Source: Candidatus Coprovivens sp. (GTDB lineage Bacteria > Bacillota_I > Bacilli_A > RF39 > UBA660). From it: a DNA stretch of 64,000 nt. A program made the position numbers and the translations under genes. The DNA lies in NCBI GenBank assembly GCA_051892935.1, contig JBJFGS010000036.1:1-64000 (forward strand), written 5' to 3'. Below, in pieces: positions 62,623 to 64,000 of this stretch (the stretch's first letter is position 1; each line of letters begins with the position of its first letter). Under the pieces are notes generated by a model. The model saw only the letters and a program-made list of their open reading frames with translations. It was not told where the DNA came from and searched no databases.

Positions 62623-63576
62623 TTAATCATTTTTTAAACTTAGGATTGCAACATTATCAGATTCGTTTTTTTCTTTAACTTCTTTTGATATTACTTTCAT
62701 TTGTTTTACTATTTCCAAAATAGTATTAATCAATTCATTTCTACCATTATAAATTTCAATCAATTGCCAAGGTAATTCTGTACGAAATCCATAATCTTTA
62801 ATCATTTGTAAGATACTATCAGTCTTCAATTGTTCTCCAAAAGGCCAAAAATCCCTAAAATTACCTTCCAAGTCAATAAATTGAGTTTTAGCATATCTAA
62901 CAATATTTCTACCAACATCTAAACCATATGAGCCTTTTTTTAAAAATTCAATTAATCCATAATCTCTAATTAATGTCATCTTATATCCAACCATATCATC
63001 ACCAAACTCAACTTTAGTATAATATTTTGATCTTCTAGGAAGAATGCCTTTCTTCGGATACCCTTTTTTAGTATATTCTTCATCTATATATAAACAATCA
63101 ATTTTCTTTGTATGATAACCATATATAATAGGTCTATCATCAATCTCCCTATACATATGTTGAAACCTCATTTCACATAATGTATCATTATTTGGATTAT
63201 ACTGTTTATATGAAACATATCCATCATAATCATCCGCGTCTTTTAAATCAAGAGCAGACAAAACTAAGTGTTGTTCAATATTGTTACCATCAACAAAATA
63301 TAATTCATCACCAAAAAACACTTCAAAATCATCTACTCTAACAGCACCTAATTCTTCATTCTCATTCAAAGTAAAATTATTATATCCATTTTTATGAATA
63401 TATACACAATTTTCACCAGATCTTGCGACAAAACCAAGTTCATTATCAACAACTACCGCAAATAACCCAATAGTTTTTGCACCATATATTTCATACAATA
63501 ATTCTAATACATTTGGAATATTATGTATTATTTCTTCATCTATCTTAACTATCTGCACCATCATCATCATCTCCAA
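62623..63576 (-). CDS. Hypothetical protein (tandem paralog 1)
   Basis: C-terminal half aligns with the adjacent ORF. Confidence 0.65.
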   Translation of the reverse strand: MEMMMMVQIVKIDEEIIHNIPNVLELLYEIYGAKTIGLFAVVVDNELGFVARSGENCVYIHKNGYNNFTLNENEELGAVRVDDFEVFFGDELYFVDGNNIEQHLVLSALDLKDADDYDGYVSYKQYNPNNDTLCEMRFQHMYREIDDRPIIYGYHTKKIDCLYIDEEYTKKGYPKKGILPRRSKYYTKVEFGDDMVGYKMTLIRDYGLIEFLKKGSYGLDVGRNIVRYAKTQFIDLEGNFRDFWPFGEQLKTDSILQMIKDYGFRTELPWQLIEIYNGRNELINTILEIVKQMKVISKEVKEKNESDNVAILSLKND

Positions 63577-64000
63577 ACTTTAAATTCAATTTAATAACTT
63601 CATCAGGAGGTGTCATTTCAATCTCTCTCATAAATTCAGCAACTGCTTCATATCTTTTTAAATCAATATTATCACCATTATGAATAGATAACAAAAATTC
63701 AGGTACTTCACTTTTAAAACCATATTCTTCAAATGTTGTTAGAAAGTCCTCATATTTATATTGTCTACCAAAAGGAAAAGTAGTAATAGCATAACCATCT
63801 TTTGTTCTAGCAAGCATTCTATAATACCTAGATAACTGTTTATTATTTAAAATTGAAAATGAATTCCCATGTAAATAATCAGACAAACCACTATCTTTAA
63901 TTAAAGCAATTTTATATAAGTAAGGATCATCCCTAAAATCATATTCTCCTTTAATATATCTTTCAGATTTAATAGGCTTTAAACTTCCTTTTTGTTTAGC
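63545..64000 (-). CDS. Hypothetical protein (tandem paralog 2), 5'-truncated by window edge
   Basis: Frame open to position 64000; YKIALIKDSGL...YGFKSEVP..L..IHNG matches paralog 1. Confidence 0.65.
   Translation of the reverse strand, partial: AKQKGSLKPIKSERYIKGEYDFRDDPYLYKIALIKDSGLSDYLHGNSFSILNNKQLSRYYRMLARTKDGYAITTFPFGRQYKYEDFLTTFEEYGFKSEVPEFLLSIHNGDNIDLKRYEAVAEFMREIEMTPPDEVIKLNLKFGDDDDGADS

Noticed and set aside
30177-63600. Shared basic/hydrophobic C-terminal export signal among orphan proteins (GMRR, NFIKR, KIKAVNI, ILSLKND)
   Set aside because: No consistent motif by eye; Lys/Ile-rich ends are expected in AT-rich genomes.

Overview
Very AT-rich chromosomal segment from a low-GC Firmicute (Bacilli-type: FemAB, SigH, YdcC, CdaA/CdaR, Mini-III). 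Gene content and divergence suggest a reduced-genome uncultured gut lineage such as RF39 or RFN20, which is my inference. Almost all genes lie on the minus strand. Read in transcription order (right to left): lysS, a stand-alone Clp-N protein and cysS; an ~30 kb mosaic of uvrB, uvrA, two family II pyrophosphatases, tsaC, lgt, trxB and many orphan genes; mrnC-rlmB-sigH-secE-nusG-rplKA-rplJL; two pilin-like genes where rpoBC usually sits; rpsL-rpsG-fusA-tuf; secG-rnr-smpB; cdaA-cdaR; ctpA; and tandem promoters at the left edge that probably drive an rRNA operon. I found no tRNA, CRISPR array, transposase or integrase. Best candidate for an undescribed system: a tightly coupled four-gene WXG100 (type VII secretion substrate-like) operon at 37.3-40.2 kb ending in a WXG-like/C39-like cysteine peptidase fusion, preceded by a stand-alone EF-Tu domain II protein. 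Also striking: EF-G with both guanine-recognition motifs altered (NKMA, CADAL) next to an S12 carrying P90I, and a putative SOS box in the promoter of a radical SAM/phage-type gene/uvrA operon. All calls come from motif recognition by eye; no database search was run.
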